64,000 bases of DNA from Candidatus Moraniibacteriota bacterium (GTDB lineage: Bacteria; Patescibacteriota; Minisyncoccia; Moranbacterales; UBA1568). The stretch covers positions 16,697 to 80,696 of the forward strand of contig JBBCGM010000002.1 in the NCBI GenBank assembly GCA_037201605.1, read 5' to 3'. Made by a program: the position numbers and the translations under genes. Each line of letters opens with the position of its first letter. The first letter of the stretch is position 1. Shown piece by piece: positions 37,764-47,415 of the stretch. The notes beneath the pieces were generated by a model, which saw nothing but the letters and a program-made list of their open reading frames with translations, had not been told where the DNA came from and made no database searches.

Positions 37764-38663
37764 ATGGAAAAAATCTTTGAATTTGAACCATACCTCGGAA
37801 AAAAAGAATCCCCAGAATCTCTCGATCAAATCGAGAAAGATCTTCTTCAATTTCGGGAAGAGATCAAAGATCCGAACACTCTTTTTTCCTACGAGGAGGT
37901 AGAAAGCTTGAGAAGCCGCCTTTTCGATAATGGCAATTTCTTTAAGAGTAATAAGGAAAGACTCTTTCTAATGAGTGATTTTCTTGAAGAGCTTGAGTCG
38001 CTCGTTATTCATGAAATCATCAATAGAGAATACATCGAGGAATTGACTGGATACATAGAACACCGCTCTATGAAGCGTTCATCGAAAAGAGGGGGTCTTC
38101 CATTTATCGTTTTGGAGATTGGAGCAGGAAATGGACGTTTAGCTCATTTCATGCAAAAACAATTAACTCAAAATAACGAGAGTGTCCGTTACCTAGCTAC
38201 AGACAAAAGCTTTTCTGCATCACCCTATGGCAATGTTGAGATATTGGAAGCATCTCAAGCCCTCGAAAAATATCATCCCGATCTGGTGATTTGCTCTTGG
38301 ATGCCCCTTTATACCGACTTGTCTCCTCTCTTCAGAAAAACCGAAAGTGTACAGGAATATTTGCTCATCGGCCCGGAAGAGTTGATGGGGACGGCAGATA
38401 CTTGGGGGAAAAGTGCAGATAAGGCATACGAAGAGATGCTTCTTGAAAAAGGAAAGGATTCCAAATCCTCAAAATTCGTAGAGAGAATAGAGGAACTCAA
38501 ACGAGAGGGTACAAAGCTCGAAAATGATGGTTTCGAACTAGAATTTTTGGAGAGTCTTGGCGTGTATCAGGTAAATCGAACTGACCTGACTATGCCTTCA
38601 CAAGATTACGTGTCTCGGACAGCCTCCTTCAAACGTATACATTCTCAAGAAAAATCTCTCTGA
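37764..38663 (+). CDS. Putative class I SAM-dependent methyltransferase-like protein
   Basis: Glycine-rich motif I VLEIGAGNGRLAHFM, followed by an acidic residue after beta-2 (YLATDKS). The gene lies in a lower-GC segment. Confidence 0.4.
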   Translation: MEKIFEFEPYLGKKESPESLDQIEKDLLQFREEIKDPNTLFSYEEVESLRSRLFDNGNFFKSNKERLFLMSDFLEELESLVIHEIINREYIEELTGYIEHRSMKRSSKRGGLPFIVLEIGAGNGRLAHFMQKQLTQNNESVRYLATDKSFSASPYGNVEILEASQALEKYHPDLVICSWMPLYTDLSPLFRKTESVQEYLLIGPEELMGTADTWGKSADKAYEEMLLEKGKDSKSSKFVERIEELKREGTKLENDGFELEFLESLGVYQVNRTDLTMPSQDYVSRTASFKRIHSQEKSL

Positions 38664-38781
38664 GAAAAACTAATTCAAAGCAAAAGCGAGCCCATCTGGG
38701 CTCGCTTTCACTTTAGCGGAAGGAGTGGGATCAAGTGGGAACAAAAAATTTATACCTAAAACCTTCCTATCTACCCTACTA

Positions 38782-40005
38782 TTATTTAGGAGCACTTCGA
38801 GAGAAACAGACCCCTAACCCAGCTCGCTTGTTTGCAGGTTGATAGCTATCAACGCGCAAACCTTTCTCACTCCAACCCTCAATATTGATAAGATCTCCAT
38901 GGAAACTATGAGAATTGGTCCAAGTAGAGACATCTTCCCTTCCGGAAGATTCTAAGCCTTTTTCTCCACTTGCCTGTTCCACCAAGACTAGTCGGTAAAG
39001 TGTTTCTGTGTACCTCTCTCGAAAAATTTGGTTGACCGCCAAATCTGCAAGCTCATAATCTGCTTCTACTTCGCCCATAACGACCCTCAGACGGTCTTTT
39101 TTGTTGAGAGAACGGGAGATGAGATTCTCTTTTCTTTCCTCGAATTCCCTGATCGCCACCTCATATTCTTCCGGGACAGCCTCTCCACGAAAAACGTTGT
39201 TGCGGAGGTAATCTATAATTACCTCTGTCTGCTCTAAATAATTTTTTCCCAGAGATTTTTCAAGAGGATTATCCTCTGTAAATCTCCAGGCTGTGCGAGG
39301 TGTTTCTTGACTCTGAGGCTTCGCGTATTCATACCACTCGGGCTGATCAACATTTACATTACTTTTTTTCCTACTTTCGACTGCATCTTGATTGAGAAAA
39401 AGTTCTGGCTCAGGGACTCTACTCATCCAACTTTTATGAGTTCTCGCGAGCTTAGACCTAAATGTTTCGTTCCCCGTAAGCTTTCTAAGTTCGCTAGCTG
39501 TTAATTTTGTGCCGTTGGCTAGCTTGTCAGTATAAAGAATGAGACGCTGACCCAATTCCTTGGCCCGCAGAAGCTCTTCCCGCAAAAAAGGTATCGGCGG
39601 TATGGTTTCAGGATAGTCTCCGAGAGTTTCATGGATTTGTCTCGGACCGCAAAAAAGTCTGCCCATTATCCGTTCTGCTTCTTCGAAACTTACTTCGGTA
39701 AGCTCTGGATAGGTTTTTTGCTTAAGCCTCTCGGCTTGTTTTTGAAAAGAAGCAGCTTCACTCCTCTTTTTTTCTTCCATTTGGCGCCATTGGATTTGCT
39801 TTATTTTTGACTCCTCTAATTCTTCTCCCGAGAGTAAAAATTCAGTCATTTCTTCTGTGTCCGCTCTGTTTTCATAATCATCTGCTTCTTTTTCGAGCTT
39901 TTCTGCTTGAGCAAAGAGAGCCGCGATCTCCTGATCGGGCGTTGTCGTCATTTCTTTTTTGGAAACTGGCAAGCTCGGTCCGTCTTCAAATCCCATAGAA
40001 TTCAT
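38782..40005 (-). CDS. Hypothetical 407-aa protein
   Basis: A long intact ATG ORF in a lower-GC segment with an acidic, coiled-coil N-terminal third. I recognise no family. Confidence 0.45.
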   Translation of the reverse strand: MNSMGFEDGPSLPVSKKEMTTTPDQEIAALFAQAEKLEKEADDYENRADTEEMTEFLLSGEELEESKIKQIQWRQMEEKKRSEAASFQKQAERLKQKTYPELTEVSFEEAERIMGRLFCGPRQIHETLGDYPETIPPIPFLREELLRAKELGQRLILYTDKLANGTKLTASELRKLTGNETFRSKLARTHKSWMSRVPEPELFLNQDAVESRKKSNVNVDQPEWYEYAKPQSQETPRTAWRFTEDNPLEKSLGKNYLEQTEVIIDYLRNNVFRGEAVPEEYEVAIREFEERKENLISRSLNKKDRLRVVMGEVEADYELADLAVNQIFRERYTETLYRLVLVEQASGEKGLESSGREDVSTWTNSHSFHGDLINIEGWSEKGLRVDSYQPANKRAGLGVCFSRSAPK

Positions 40006-40041
40006 CCATCTTTATAAGATGTTTATAGTTTAACATATTAC

Positions 40042-40064
40042 AAAAACCGCCTTTCGGCGGCTTT
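40042..40064 (-). terminator. Terminator hairpin downstream of tRNA-Ser
   Basis: The minus strand reads CCGCC-gaaa-GGCGG followed by TTTTTG. Confidence 0.45.
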
Positions 40065-40074
40065 AAATAAGGTG

Positions 40075-40158
40075 CGGAAGGAGTGGGATTCGAACCCACG
40101 AGTCCTTGCGGACGCACGCTTTCCAAGCGTGTGCCTTAAACCACTCGGCCATCCTTCC
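40075..40158 (-). tRNA. tRNA-Ser (anticodon GGA)
   Basis: Acceptor stem GGAAGGA/TCCTTCC, anticodon stem CACGC/GCGTG with loop TTGGAAA, long variable arm GTCC-gcaa-GGAC, T stem GTGGG/CCCAC with loop TTCGAAT. Confidence 0.9.
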
Positions 40159-40182
40159 AGAAATTGCAAAGCACCGAGGAGT

Positions 40183-41607
40183 CTAGCGTACTTCGCGGAT
40201 CCCGACAAGACGCATGGTTTCCTCGTCGGGCGTGCGGCCGGAGAAAACGGCTACCTGGTCACCTGGGTTCAGCTTGCCCTCTTTCTTGGCCTGCGCAATC
40301 AGGTGCGTGGCAAAGTGATCATAGTCACGCTTGCCCTCGAAGAGGTAGGGCTCGGCGCCCCACACCAGTGCCAGTTCCTGATAGGTCGCCCGGCTGTCGG
40401 TCGCCACAAGAAGCGGCGCTTCGGGACGGAAATGCGAGAGGAGGCGGGCCGTGAAGCCGCTCATCGAGAGAATGATGGTCGCTTTGGCCCGGAAGCTCTT
40501 GGCAAGCTCATAGAGGCTGCGGATGAGCACCGCGTAATCGCCGGAGAGATCCAGGGGGAGTGTCGTCGTCACGTCATCAAAAGGTGAGGTCTCGGTCTTC
40601 TCGATAATCTCGGCCATCATGCGTATGGTTTCGACCGGATACTTGCCCATGGCGGACTCCTCGGAAAGCATGACGGCATCCGTATGGTCTATGACGGCAT
40701 TCGAAACATCAGAGACCTCGGCGCGCGTGGGACGCGGATTTTCGGTCATGGACTTCATCATCTGAGTCGCAACGATCACTGGCTTGGCGGCCCGAAGCGA
40801 GGCTTGGATAATCCTTTTCTGTAAAACGGCTATCTCGCTCTCCGGCATCTCGATACCTAAGTCGCCGCGGGCCACCATAATGGCATCTGAAACCCTGATG
40901 ATCCCGTCGAGATTTTCCAGCGCGAGCTTGCGTTCGATTTTGGAGACGATTTTGGGGAGCGGAGTATCGGTGCCCAACTGCTCGCGCATGGCCGTCTGTA
41001 CGGTTTTGACGTCTACTGCGCTACCCACAAATGACAATCCCACGTAATCCACACCCTCTTCGAGTACAAAGGCGAGATCTGAGCGGTCTTTTTCGGAAAG
41101 GATGTCGAGTTCGAGATGCGTGTCTGGCAGAATGACGCCTTTGCGCGGCTTCAACACGCCGGCATTTTTGGCGACCGCCTCTGCGACACTCCCCTCTTTT
41201 CCAGTCACCTGAAACTCAAGCGTCCCATCTTCAATGAGAATACTGTCGCCCTCTTTGACGTTTTCAATGCTGCCCGGGAGATCGAGATACACGAGTCCTT
41301 TCGCCGCAGTATCGTCTCGCTTCGCAATATCGGAAAAATGCACCGTGTCGCCGGCCGAGAGCTTTTGTTCGGCAGCCATCTCGGTGCGGATACGCGGACC
41401 CTGCAGATCGGCGAGAATCGCGATCGGGACCCCGAGTTCTTCGGAGAGTTCGCGGATGCGCGCGATGATAGTAGCGTGCCAGGCATGCTCGCCGTGCGAA
41501 AAATTGAGGCGCGCCACATTCATGCCCGCGTCAATCATCTGGCGGAGGGTTTCTTTGCTTTCGGAAGCCGGACCGATGGTCGCGACGATTTTGGTTTTCT
41601 TGGACAC
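40183..41607 (-). CDS. pyk: Pyruvate kinase
   Basis: KTKIVATIGPAS, MNVARLNFSHG, ILADLQGPRIR, MVARGDLGIEMP. I prefer the GTG start at 41607 (475 aa). The 97-aa upstream extension of ORF 40183..41901 overlaps the next gene and is not PK-like. Confidence 0.9.
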   Translation of the reverse strand: MSKKTKIVATIGPASESKETLRQMIDAGMNVARLNFSHGEHAWHATIIARIRELSEELGVPIAILADLQGPRIRTEMAAEQKLSAGDTVHFSDIAKRDDTAAKGLVYLDLPGSIENVKEGDSILIEDGTLEFQVTGKEGSVAEAVAKNAGVLKPRKGVILPDTHLELDILSEKDRSDLAFVLEEGVDYVGLSFVGSAVDVKTVQTAMREQLGTDTPLPKIVSKIERKLALENLDGIIRVSDAIMVARGDLGIEMPESEIAVLQKRIIQASLRAAKPVIVATQMMKSMTENPRPTRAEVSDVSNAVIDHTDAVMLSEESAMGKYPVETIRMMAEIIEKTETSPFDDVTTTLPLDLSGDYAVLIRSLYELAKSFRAKATIILSMSGFTARLLSHFRPEAPLLVATDSRATYQELALVWGAEPYLFEGKRDYDHFATHLIAQAKKEGKLNPGDQVAVFSGRTPDEETMRLVGIREVR

Positions 41608-41723
41608 AAGTTTTTGGTTTTGTCTGTTTTTCTCAGTATAGCCGAGGAGTGGCGTTTGGGGAAAAGAAAACAGCCGATCTTCCAAAGAAAATCGGCTGTA
41701 AGGTCCGCGTTGCGGAAAAGGAA

Positions 41724-42347
41724 TCAGTCGGGGTTGCCCCAGATCTCGCGATTGGGAGCGGGGGTGTTGCCGGTAGGCCGGAAAGAGCCGCTCCAGTTTT
41801 CCTGGGTGCGTTCTTCGCAGCTGCGATGAGCCGTCTGCTTGTCGCCGCTCACGTAGTTTCCGCCGACGTAGACATCGGCTTCCATTGTTGTCTTGCACCA
41901 CGAGGCCGGCGTCGAGGTCATGATCCTCTGGATCGTGTCATTGCGCCGCTTCTCGCAGCGCGAGGTATCGCTTTGCAGATTGTTATCCCTCCATCCGGAG
42001 TTGAAATTGCTATTGGAGGAGTAGAAGCTGCTGCCGTACGAACGCCTGCCATTGATGAGACGGTTGATTGCATTGCCGGCCACATTGACGCCGGCATTGG
42101 CGACGGTGCCGACAATCTGATTGGTCAGACGGTCGCTTTCTGCGCCCCGCTTGTCGGCACGGGCTTGTGCCATGCAGCGATTGAAGGTGTCATTGCCGAC
42201 TGCCTCAGCAACCACGGCATCTCCGGCCGTATAGGCCGGACGCGAGGATGTCTCTTGCTGAGGGCCCCAGCGCTCGGCTGCGGACGCCGGAGCGGCCGCA
42301 AGCGAGAAGATGGAGGCGAGCACGGTGAAACGGGTGAAAACGGACAT
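41724..42347 (-). CDS. Secreted hypothetical protein
   Basis: Signal peptide MSVFTRFTVLASIFSLAAAPASA, four Cys residues and a Gly/Asn/Ser-rich composition. I recognise no family. Confidence 0.55.
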   Translation of the reverse strand: MSVFTRFTVLASIFSLAAAPASAAERWGPQQETSSRPAYTAGDAVVAEAVGNDTFNRCMAQARADKRGAESDRLTNQIVGTVANAGVNVAGNAINRLINGRRSYGSSFYSSNSNFNSGWRDNNLQSDTSRCEKRRNDTIQRIMTSTPASWCKTTMEADVYVGGNYVSGDKQTAHRSCEERTQENWSGSFRPTGNTPAPNREIWGNPD

Positions 42348-42533
42348 ATCAGTCTCCTTTCAGATTCCTAGGGTATTCAGTTGACAAAAAACTTTAACAT
42401 TACATTATACACCTAAAAGAGATAAAAGTCAAGTATAGGAAAGGTTGAAGCGTAAATTTTTCCCTTATATAAGCCAAAACCCCCGTATTCCGGGGATTTA
42501 GGGAAACGAGGAAAAGGCTTATTTGAGGCCTTT

Positions 42534-42869
42534 TTAGAGATTAAGCTTCTGAAGAACCGTTTGAGCTCCCGGCACTTCCCAGGCCTCGCCAGAGAGGGTC
42601 TTGATGAGCGCGTAAATGTCCACCAGAGCAACCATGATGAAGGCTGCCCAGCCGAAGAGCGGGATCCAGAAGAAAAACGAACCAATAAAGAAAACGATGG
42701 CGAGCACCAGGCCCTGGCGGGCGTGGAACTGGGCGAAGGGGCTGTCGGTTTTGAGAAGAAGCGGAATAAGGAACAAGAGGCCGAGGTAAGAAAGGGCCGC
42801 GACAAGACGGTTCTTCTCAATATCAGTCTTCTCGAAAACATGGTGCACTTTGGGAGTTTCTGGGGTCAT
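42534..42869 (-). CDS. DUF4870-like small membrane protein
   Basis: Three TM helices with AALSYLGLLFLIPLL...FAQFHARQGL, the pattern typical of that family. Confidence 0.5.
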   Translation of the reverse strand: MTPETPKVHHVFEKTDIEKNRLVAALSYLGLLFLIPLLLKTDSPFAQFHARQGLVLAIVFFIGSFFFWIPLFGWAAFIMVALVDIYALIKTLSGEAWEVPGAQTVLQKLNL

Positions 42870-42878
42870 AGTTTCAGA

Positions 42879-43310
42879 TTAATTTTCTGGTTCTAAAATA
42901 GCGTTTTCCTCCAATTCACGCCAGATGTCAGCCGGCACCGGATCACGCTCCGGACTGACGCCAGGATAGCGCCAGGCGCTGATGATGCGCTTCTCACGCT
43001 CGCCGGGCATGCCCTTCTTCGCCTTTTCCCGATACATGACCCAGATTTCCTGCTTCCAGGTCTCCTTCCCCTGCTCTTTTTTGGTGGAAGAGGGCTGCAT
43101 GACTGCGACCGTACGCGGTGCGATACCTTTTTCCTCGCGGCGCGGGCGGCGCACGATGCCCTTCACCTTCTGCTCGGAGAGACGGTACTGCTGCATTTTG
43201 TACCGGGCGTGCTCGGTAAAGAAAAATTCGCCGGACTGGCGCGCAGCAGACGCTTGGTTTTCTTGGAAGCGTTTGCGGGCCAGAGCAGCGAATTCTTGGT
43301 AGGTAGGCAT
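42879..43310 (-). CDS. Hypothetical protein (weak DUF4258-like pattern)
   Basis: FTEHARYKMQQYRLSEQKVKGIVRRP...EIWVMYRE...RIISAWRY loosely matches the H-A-x-x-R-M ... V-V-Y ... I-I-T-x-Y layout. Confidence 0.3.
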   Translation of the reverse strand: MPTYQEFAALARKRFQENQASAARQSGEFFFTEHARYKMQQYRLSEQKVKGIVRRPRREEKGIAPRTVAVMQPSSTKKEQGKETWKQEIWVMYREKAKKGMPGEREKRIISAWRYPGVSPERDPVPADIWRELEENAILEPEN

Positions 43311-43312
43311 TG

Positions 43313-44224
43313 CTAGCGGGTGACGGTTTCTGAAGTAGCGCCCTGTTCCATTTCGCGCAAGCGGGCGATGCGCTCCTGGATAGGGGGATGGGTGGAAAAC
43401 AAATTGGCGAAAGCCTGCCCCTTGAGAGGATTGGCGATATAGAGATGGGCCGTGGCGCGATTGGCTACCTCGAGCGGTTCCGTATCGCGAGAGATTTTTT
43501 CAAGCGCGCGCGCCAAGCCCTCCGGGTAACGGGTGAGGAGTGCCCCCGAAGCATCGGCCAGGTATTCGCGGCGGCGTGAGACGGCCAGCTGGATCAGGAG
43601 CGCCGCGAGAGGCGCGAGCACGGAAAGGACGAGGCCTGCGATGAAAAAGATGGCTTGGCCGCTGTTGTTTTCGTTGTCGCGGCCTCCGAAAAGAGCCATG
43701 TTGCGGAACCAGTCCGCAAGAAGCGCCACGAAGCCGGCGAGTACCACCACGATCGTCGAAACGAGGGTATCGCGATTGCCGATATGTGAAAGCTCGTGGC
43801 TGATGACCCCCTCAAGCTCACTCCGATCGAGGGCAGTCATAATGCCGGTAGTAAGGCAGATAACGCCGTGCTCGGGATCGCGGCCGGTAGCAAAGGCATT
43901 GAGCGCCGAGTCATGGGTCACGTAGATTTTCGGCATCGGGATACCGGCGGTAATGGCGAGATTTTCTACCAGACGATAGATCTCCGGATTGTCGTTAAAG
44001 AGGAGCGGCTTGGCATTGCTCATTTTGAGCACCAGCTTGTCGCTCCACCAGTACGAAACAAAGCTCGTACCGACCGAGAAGAACACAGCGATATAGAGGA
44101 TAGCCCGGTTGCCCAAGGCGCCGGCAAACACGTACCCCACGCCAATAACGAGCACGAGGAAAATACTGATGTAGACCCATGTCAGAAAGCGATTCTTTTC
44201 TTGGGAGTGGTAGAGACTGGCCAT
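43313..44224 (-). CDS. htpX: M48 family zinc metalloprotease HtpX
   Basis: HELSHIGNRD (HExxH), four TM helices, and the C-terminal FSTHPPIQERI motif. Confidence 0.9.
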   Translation of the reverse strand: MASLYHSQEKNRFLTWVYISIFLVLVIGVGYVFAGALGNRAILYIAVFFSVGTSFVSYWWSDKLVLKMSNAKPLLFNDNPEIYRLVENLAITAGIPMPKIYVTHDSALNAFATGRDPEHGVICLTTGIMTALDRSELEGVISHELSHIGNRDTLVSTIVVVLAGFVALLADWFRNMALFGGRDNENNSGQAIFFIAGLVLSVLAPLAALLIQLAVSRRREYLADASGALLTRYPEGLARALEKISRDTEPLEVANRATAHLYIANPLKGQAFANLFSTHPPIQERIARLREMEQGATSETVTR

Positions 44225-44263
44225 AGGAGAGAAAAGATCAGGAATACTCTGTACCGAGGGTGC

Positions 44264-44830
44264 CTAGAAAGACACAGTGACGTTTTCGCGCTCAGAACCG
44301 GCGGCCTGGAAAAAGTCACCCTGCTTGAAACCAAAGAGGCCCGCAATGATGCTCGAAGGAAAGGTGTCAATCTTGGTATTGAGTTCCATCACGGTGGTGT
44401 TGTAGAAGCGGCGAGCGGCCTGGATTTTGTTCTCGGTGTCGGAAAGCTCGCGCTGGAGTTCCAGGAAATTCTGATTGGCCTTGAGATCAGGGTAGTTCTC
44501 AGCAACCGCAAAAAGGCTTTTGAGCGTCTCAGAGAGGGCGTTTTCGGCTACGGCATGATCGCTTGCCGTGCCGGCCTGCATCGCCTGGGTGCGGGCCTGA
44601 GTCACTTTTTCGAGCAGATCCTTTTCGTGCGCGGCATATCCTTTCACGGTATTGATCAGATTGGGAATGAGATCGTAGCGGCGCTTGAGCTGGACATCAA
44701 TATCGCTCCAGGCTTCCTGGGTGCGTACCCGGCTCCTGACGAGCGAGTTATAAAGAAAGATAACCCCGAATACCGCGACAGCCGCAATAATGAGGAGAAT
44801 AACGCTGGTACTCATAGTTTTTTGGTTCAA
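44264..44830 (-). CDS. lemA: LemA family protein
   Basis: N-terminal TM helix, then YNSLVRSRVRTQEAWSDIDVQLKRRYDLIPNLINTVKGYAAHEKDLLEKV. Confidence 0.9.
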   Translation of the reverse strand: MNQKTMSTSVILLIIAAVAVFGVIFLYNSLVRSRVRTQEAWSDIDVQLKRRYDLIPNLINTVKGYAAHEKDLLEKVTQARTQAMQAGTASDHAVAENALSETLKSLFAVAENYPDLKANQNFLELQRELSDTENKIQAARRFYNTTVMELNTKIDTFPSSIIAGLFGFKQGDFFQAAGSERENVTVSF

Positions 44831-44922
44831 AAATAAAGCTTGGTAGGAAGAGCATAGCAGAAAATCGCCTGTTTTTCCAGAGAGACAACAGCTAAAATTA
44901 TGCTATACTTTACGAAAAGCCT

Positions 44923-45363
44923 ATGGAAAAATTCTACGCTTCCCTGGTCTTCCTCATTCCGATTGCGGTCGGCCTCTCAGCGCAGCTGATCAAATTCCTC
45001 ATTTTTACCGTCCGCCACGGCTGGCACCCCGGGTATATCTTTACCCACGGGCACATGCCGAGCGCCCACACCGCTTTCGCCATCTCGCTTCTTACTTCGA
45101 TCGGCTATTTCCAAGGCATCGCATCGGGCGCCTTTGCAGTAGCGGTAGCCCTTGCCTTTGTTATCGTCGACGACGCGGTGCGTATCCGTATGATCTTGGG
45201 CGACCAGGGCCGGTACCTAAACATGCTCATCGAACAGCTCAATGTCGACAAGAAGGCCTACCCTCGCCTCAAAGAGCGGGTCGGGCACCGTACCAATGAA
45301 GTGCTCGCCGGAGCTTTGTTCGGCTTTCTCATGAGCCTCTTGCTCATCTGGGTAACGCGCTAA
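44923..45363 (+). CDS. Divergent PAP2 family (acid phosphatase/vanadium-haloperoxidase-related) membrane protein
   Basis: SAQLIKFLIF...GHMPSAHTAFAISL...VIVDDAVRIR...GHRTNEVLAGALFG. Confidence 0.8.
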   Translation: MEKFYASLVFLIPIAVGLSAQLIKFLIFTVRHGWHPGYIFTHGHMPSAHTAFAISLLTSIGYFQGIASGAFAVAVALAFVIVDDAVRIRMILGDQGRYLNMLIEQLNVDKKAYPRLKERVGHRTNEVLAGALFGFLMSLLLIWVTR

Positions 45364-45438
45364 GTAAAATTTTTCAGAATAATAAAGACCGCCCAGAGCA
45401 CACTACATGCTCAGGGCGGTTTCAGTCTATGGGCAGCA

Positions 45439-46080
45439 TCAGCGGCCGCCAGAAAGAACGATTCTCCCTTCGGTTTTCCGAAAAGAAGCAAAACGCGACC
45501 ACTCGAAATTCCACGGGTCGGTACGTCGGGGCGATGCGATCTCTCGGTGTCCCAAAACGTAGGAAATGGCAGGGTACCGAGAGGTTAGATCACGGAGCAG
45601 CATCGCAAGCGATGCATATTGGGCTTCGGTGTAACTGTCATCATAACCGTTCACCAGCTCGATACCGAGCGACACCTCATTGACCAGTCTGCGGCCATCG
45701 GGCAAACGGCTGACGCCGGCATGATAGGCTACGTTGCTTTCCGCTACCAGCCGATAGATACGGCCATCGCGGGCGATAAGGTAATGCGGGCTCACTCCTT
45801 GTTTTTTGAGCATCCCTAGGATGCTTTCCACATCGTAACGGTCGCCAGGACCCTTATGGTAGCAGGAGTGAATGATGATCGAATCGATGTTGCGGCCAGC
45901 GCTCCTGCGAAATCCGACGCTCACGAGCCTCTCCGTGATGAGGGGCGACGCTTCCGGAGCAAGAGGAAGGGACGAGGTTTCCGCAGCAGAAGGAAGTGTG
46001 GGAGGCGTGAAGGCGCAGAAGGCAACAAGCGCGAGCTTCCCCTGCCAGGAGAAGCGCCGATTGGAAGCGTTACCGCTCAT
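45439..46080 (-). CDS. N-acetylmuramoyl-L-alanine amidase (Amidase_2/PGRP fold)
   Basis: IDSIIIHS...SPHYLIARDGRIYRLV...VAYHAGVS...NEVSLGIELVN...YTEAQYASLAMLLRDL...VLGHREIA. Confidence 0.85.
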   Translation of the reverse strand: MSGNASNRRFSWQGKLALVAFCAFTPPTLPSAAETSSLPLAPEASPLITERLVSVGFRRSAGRNIDSIIIHSCYHKGPGDRYDVESILGMLKKQGVSPHYLIARDGRIYRLVAESNVAYHAGVSRLPDGRRLVNEVSLGIELVNGYDDSYTEAQYASLAMLLRDLTSRYPAISYVLGHREIASPRRTDPWNFEWSRFASFRKTEGRIVLSGGR

Positions 46081-46146
46081 GGCATTTCTCCTTTGTTTGA
46101 GATTTTCGAGGAATAAGGTGTTAAAGAGCGAGGCTCTACCGACAGA

Positions 46147-47406
46147 TTATTCCGCCCGTCCGATTTGGGCAAGCTCCTCTTCGATGGCCTGGTGCTCATT
46201 CCAAGGCTCGCGATGATCGGCGTAGGCGATACTGGTTTCGGCTCCCTTGCCGGTAAAGAGTACGATATCGCCGCGCTCAGCCATTTCCAGCGCCTTATGG
46301 ATAGCGGCCCGGCGATCGAAAATGCGGAAATAATCGCGATCTTTTTTCGTCGTCATTCCCTGTTCGACTTCATCCAAGATGCGCTCCGGGTTTTCCGTGT
46401 AGGGATCTTCATTGGTGAGAATAACCGTGTCAGCCTTTTCGGACGCAATGGAAGCGAGGATGGGCCGCTTGCCACGGTCGCGATCACCGCACGAACCGAA
46501 AACGTGAATGATCATGGTACCGGGGATTTTGAGCGGCAAAACAGAGGCGTAGAGTTTGCGAAAGGCATCGGGCGTAACCGCGTAATCAATAACGAGATCA
46601 AGGCCTCGGTTATTGGGCACAAGCTCCATGCGGCCCGGGATACCGGAGATCGCGCCAAGCGCCTTTGCAGCGGCCGCCTCGTCAAGACCGAGGAGGCGGG
46701 CTGCGCCCAATGCCGCGAGCGCATTCTCGACATTAAAAAGACCAGGGAGACGGAGCTCGATTCGTTCTTCTCCTAGGCGGAACTCCGTCTTGCCGAAATC
46801 AAGCTGGATATCCTTGGCCACGAGATCGGCAGTCGCGTCCTTAGTACTGTAGAAAAGCTTCGTGCCATGTGTAGCGCGGACAAAGCAGTCGCGGTGATCG
46901 CTATCGGCATTAATGACAGCCGCCTTTGCCTTGCGGAAGAGGCGGGCTTTGGCTCGGCAGTAGTTTTCCATGCTCTTGTGGTAATCCAAATGCTCGCGCG
47001 TGAGATTGGTGAGAGCGGCTACGGCGATCGGGATACCGAGCGTGCGGTGCTGGTCGAGTGCATGCGAAGAGACCTCAAGGACGACATGCGTGACACCCTC
47101 GCGGTGCGCTTCTTTCAGAAAGCGGTTGAGTTTGAGAGGCGAAAGCGTCGTGAATTTGGAAGTGTTGATATGCTCACCGCTTGGGAGAGCAAACTTAATG
47201 GTCGAGGCGAGGGCGGCCTTTTTGCCGGAAGCCAGGAGGATTTGATAGATCATCTCGCTGGTCGTCGTCTTGCCGTTCGTACCGGTGACGCCCACGATCG
47301 TCAGGCCGCGTCCGGGAAATCCGAAAGAGGCAGCGGTAACGAAAGCAACGCCTCGGTGGTAGACGTTTTTGAGTGGTTGCGGAATGAGTTTTTTGAGAAG
47401 AGACAT
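46147..47406 (-). CDS. Mur ligase family protein (MurE-like, lacking the N-terminal domain)
   Basis: P-loop VGVTGTNGKTTTSEM, VLEVSSHALDQHR, LTNLTREHLDYH, and a C-terminal domain FGSCGDRDRGKRP. Confidence 0.8.
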   Translation of the reverse strand: MSLLKKLIPQPLKNVYHRGVAFVTAASFGFPGRGLTIVGVTGTNGKTTTSEMIYQILLASGKKAALASTIKFALPSGEHINTSKFTTLSPLKLNRFLKEAHREGVTHVVLEVSSHALDQHRTLGIPIAVAALTNLTREHLDYHKSMENYCRAKARLFRKAKAAVINADSDHRDCFVRATHGTKLFYSTKDATADLVAKDIQLDFGKTEFRLGEERIELRLPGLFNVENALAALGAARLLGLDEAAAAKALGAISGIPGRMELVPNNRGLDLVIDYAVTPDAFRKLYASVLPLKIPGTMIIHVFGSCGDRDRGKRPILASIASEKADTVILTNEDPYTENPERILDEVEQGMTTKKDRDYFRIFDRRAAIHKALEMAERGDIVLFTGKGAETSIAYADHREPWNEHQAIEEELAQIGRAE

Positions 47407-47415
47407 GGGGCTATT

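Noticed and set aside
41608-41901. 97-aa N-terminal extension of the pyruvate kinase ORF
   Set aside because: It is not PK-like (Arg/Pro/Gln-rich) and overlaps the 3' end of gene 41724..42347. A GTG at 41607 gives a canonical 475-aa enzyme starting SKKTKIVATIGP.
43796-44836. 346-aa plus-strand ORF spanning htpX and lemA. Similar long antisense ORFs occur at 46867..47862, 41116..41829, 41649..42371 and 35049..35693.
   Set aside because: All lie antisense to genes with strong family signatures (HExxH protease, LemA, Mur ligase, pyruvate kinase, malic enzyme). They are typical GC-rich shadow frames with low-complexity Arg/Gly/Ala content.
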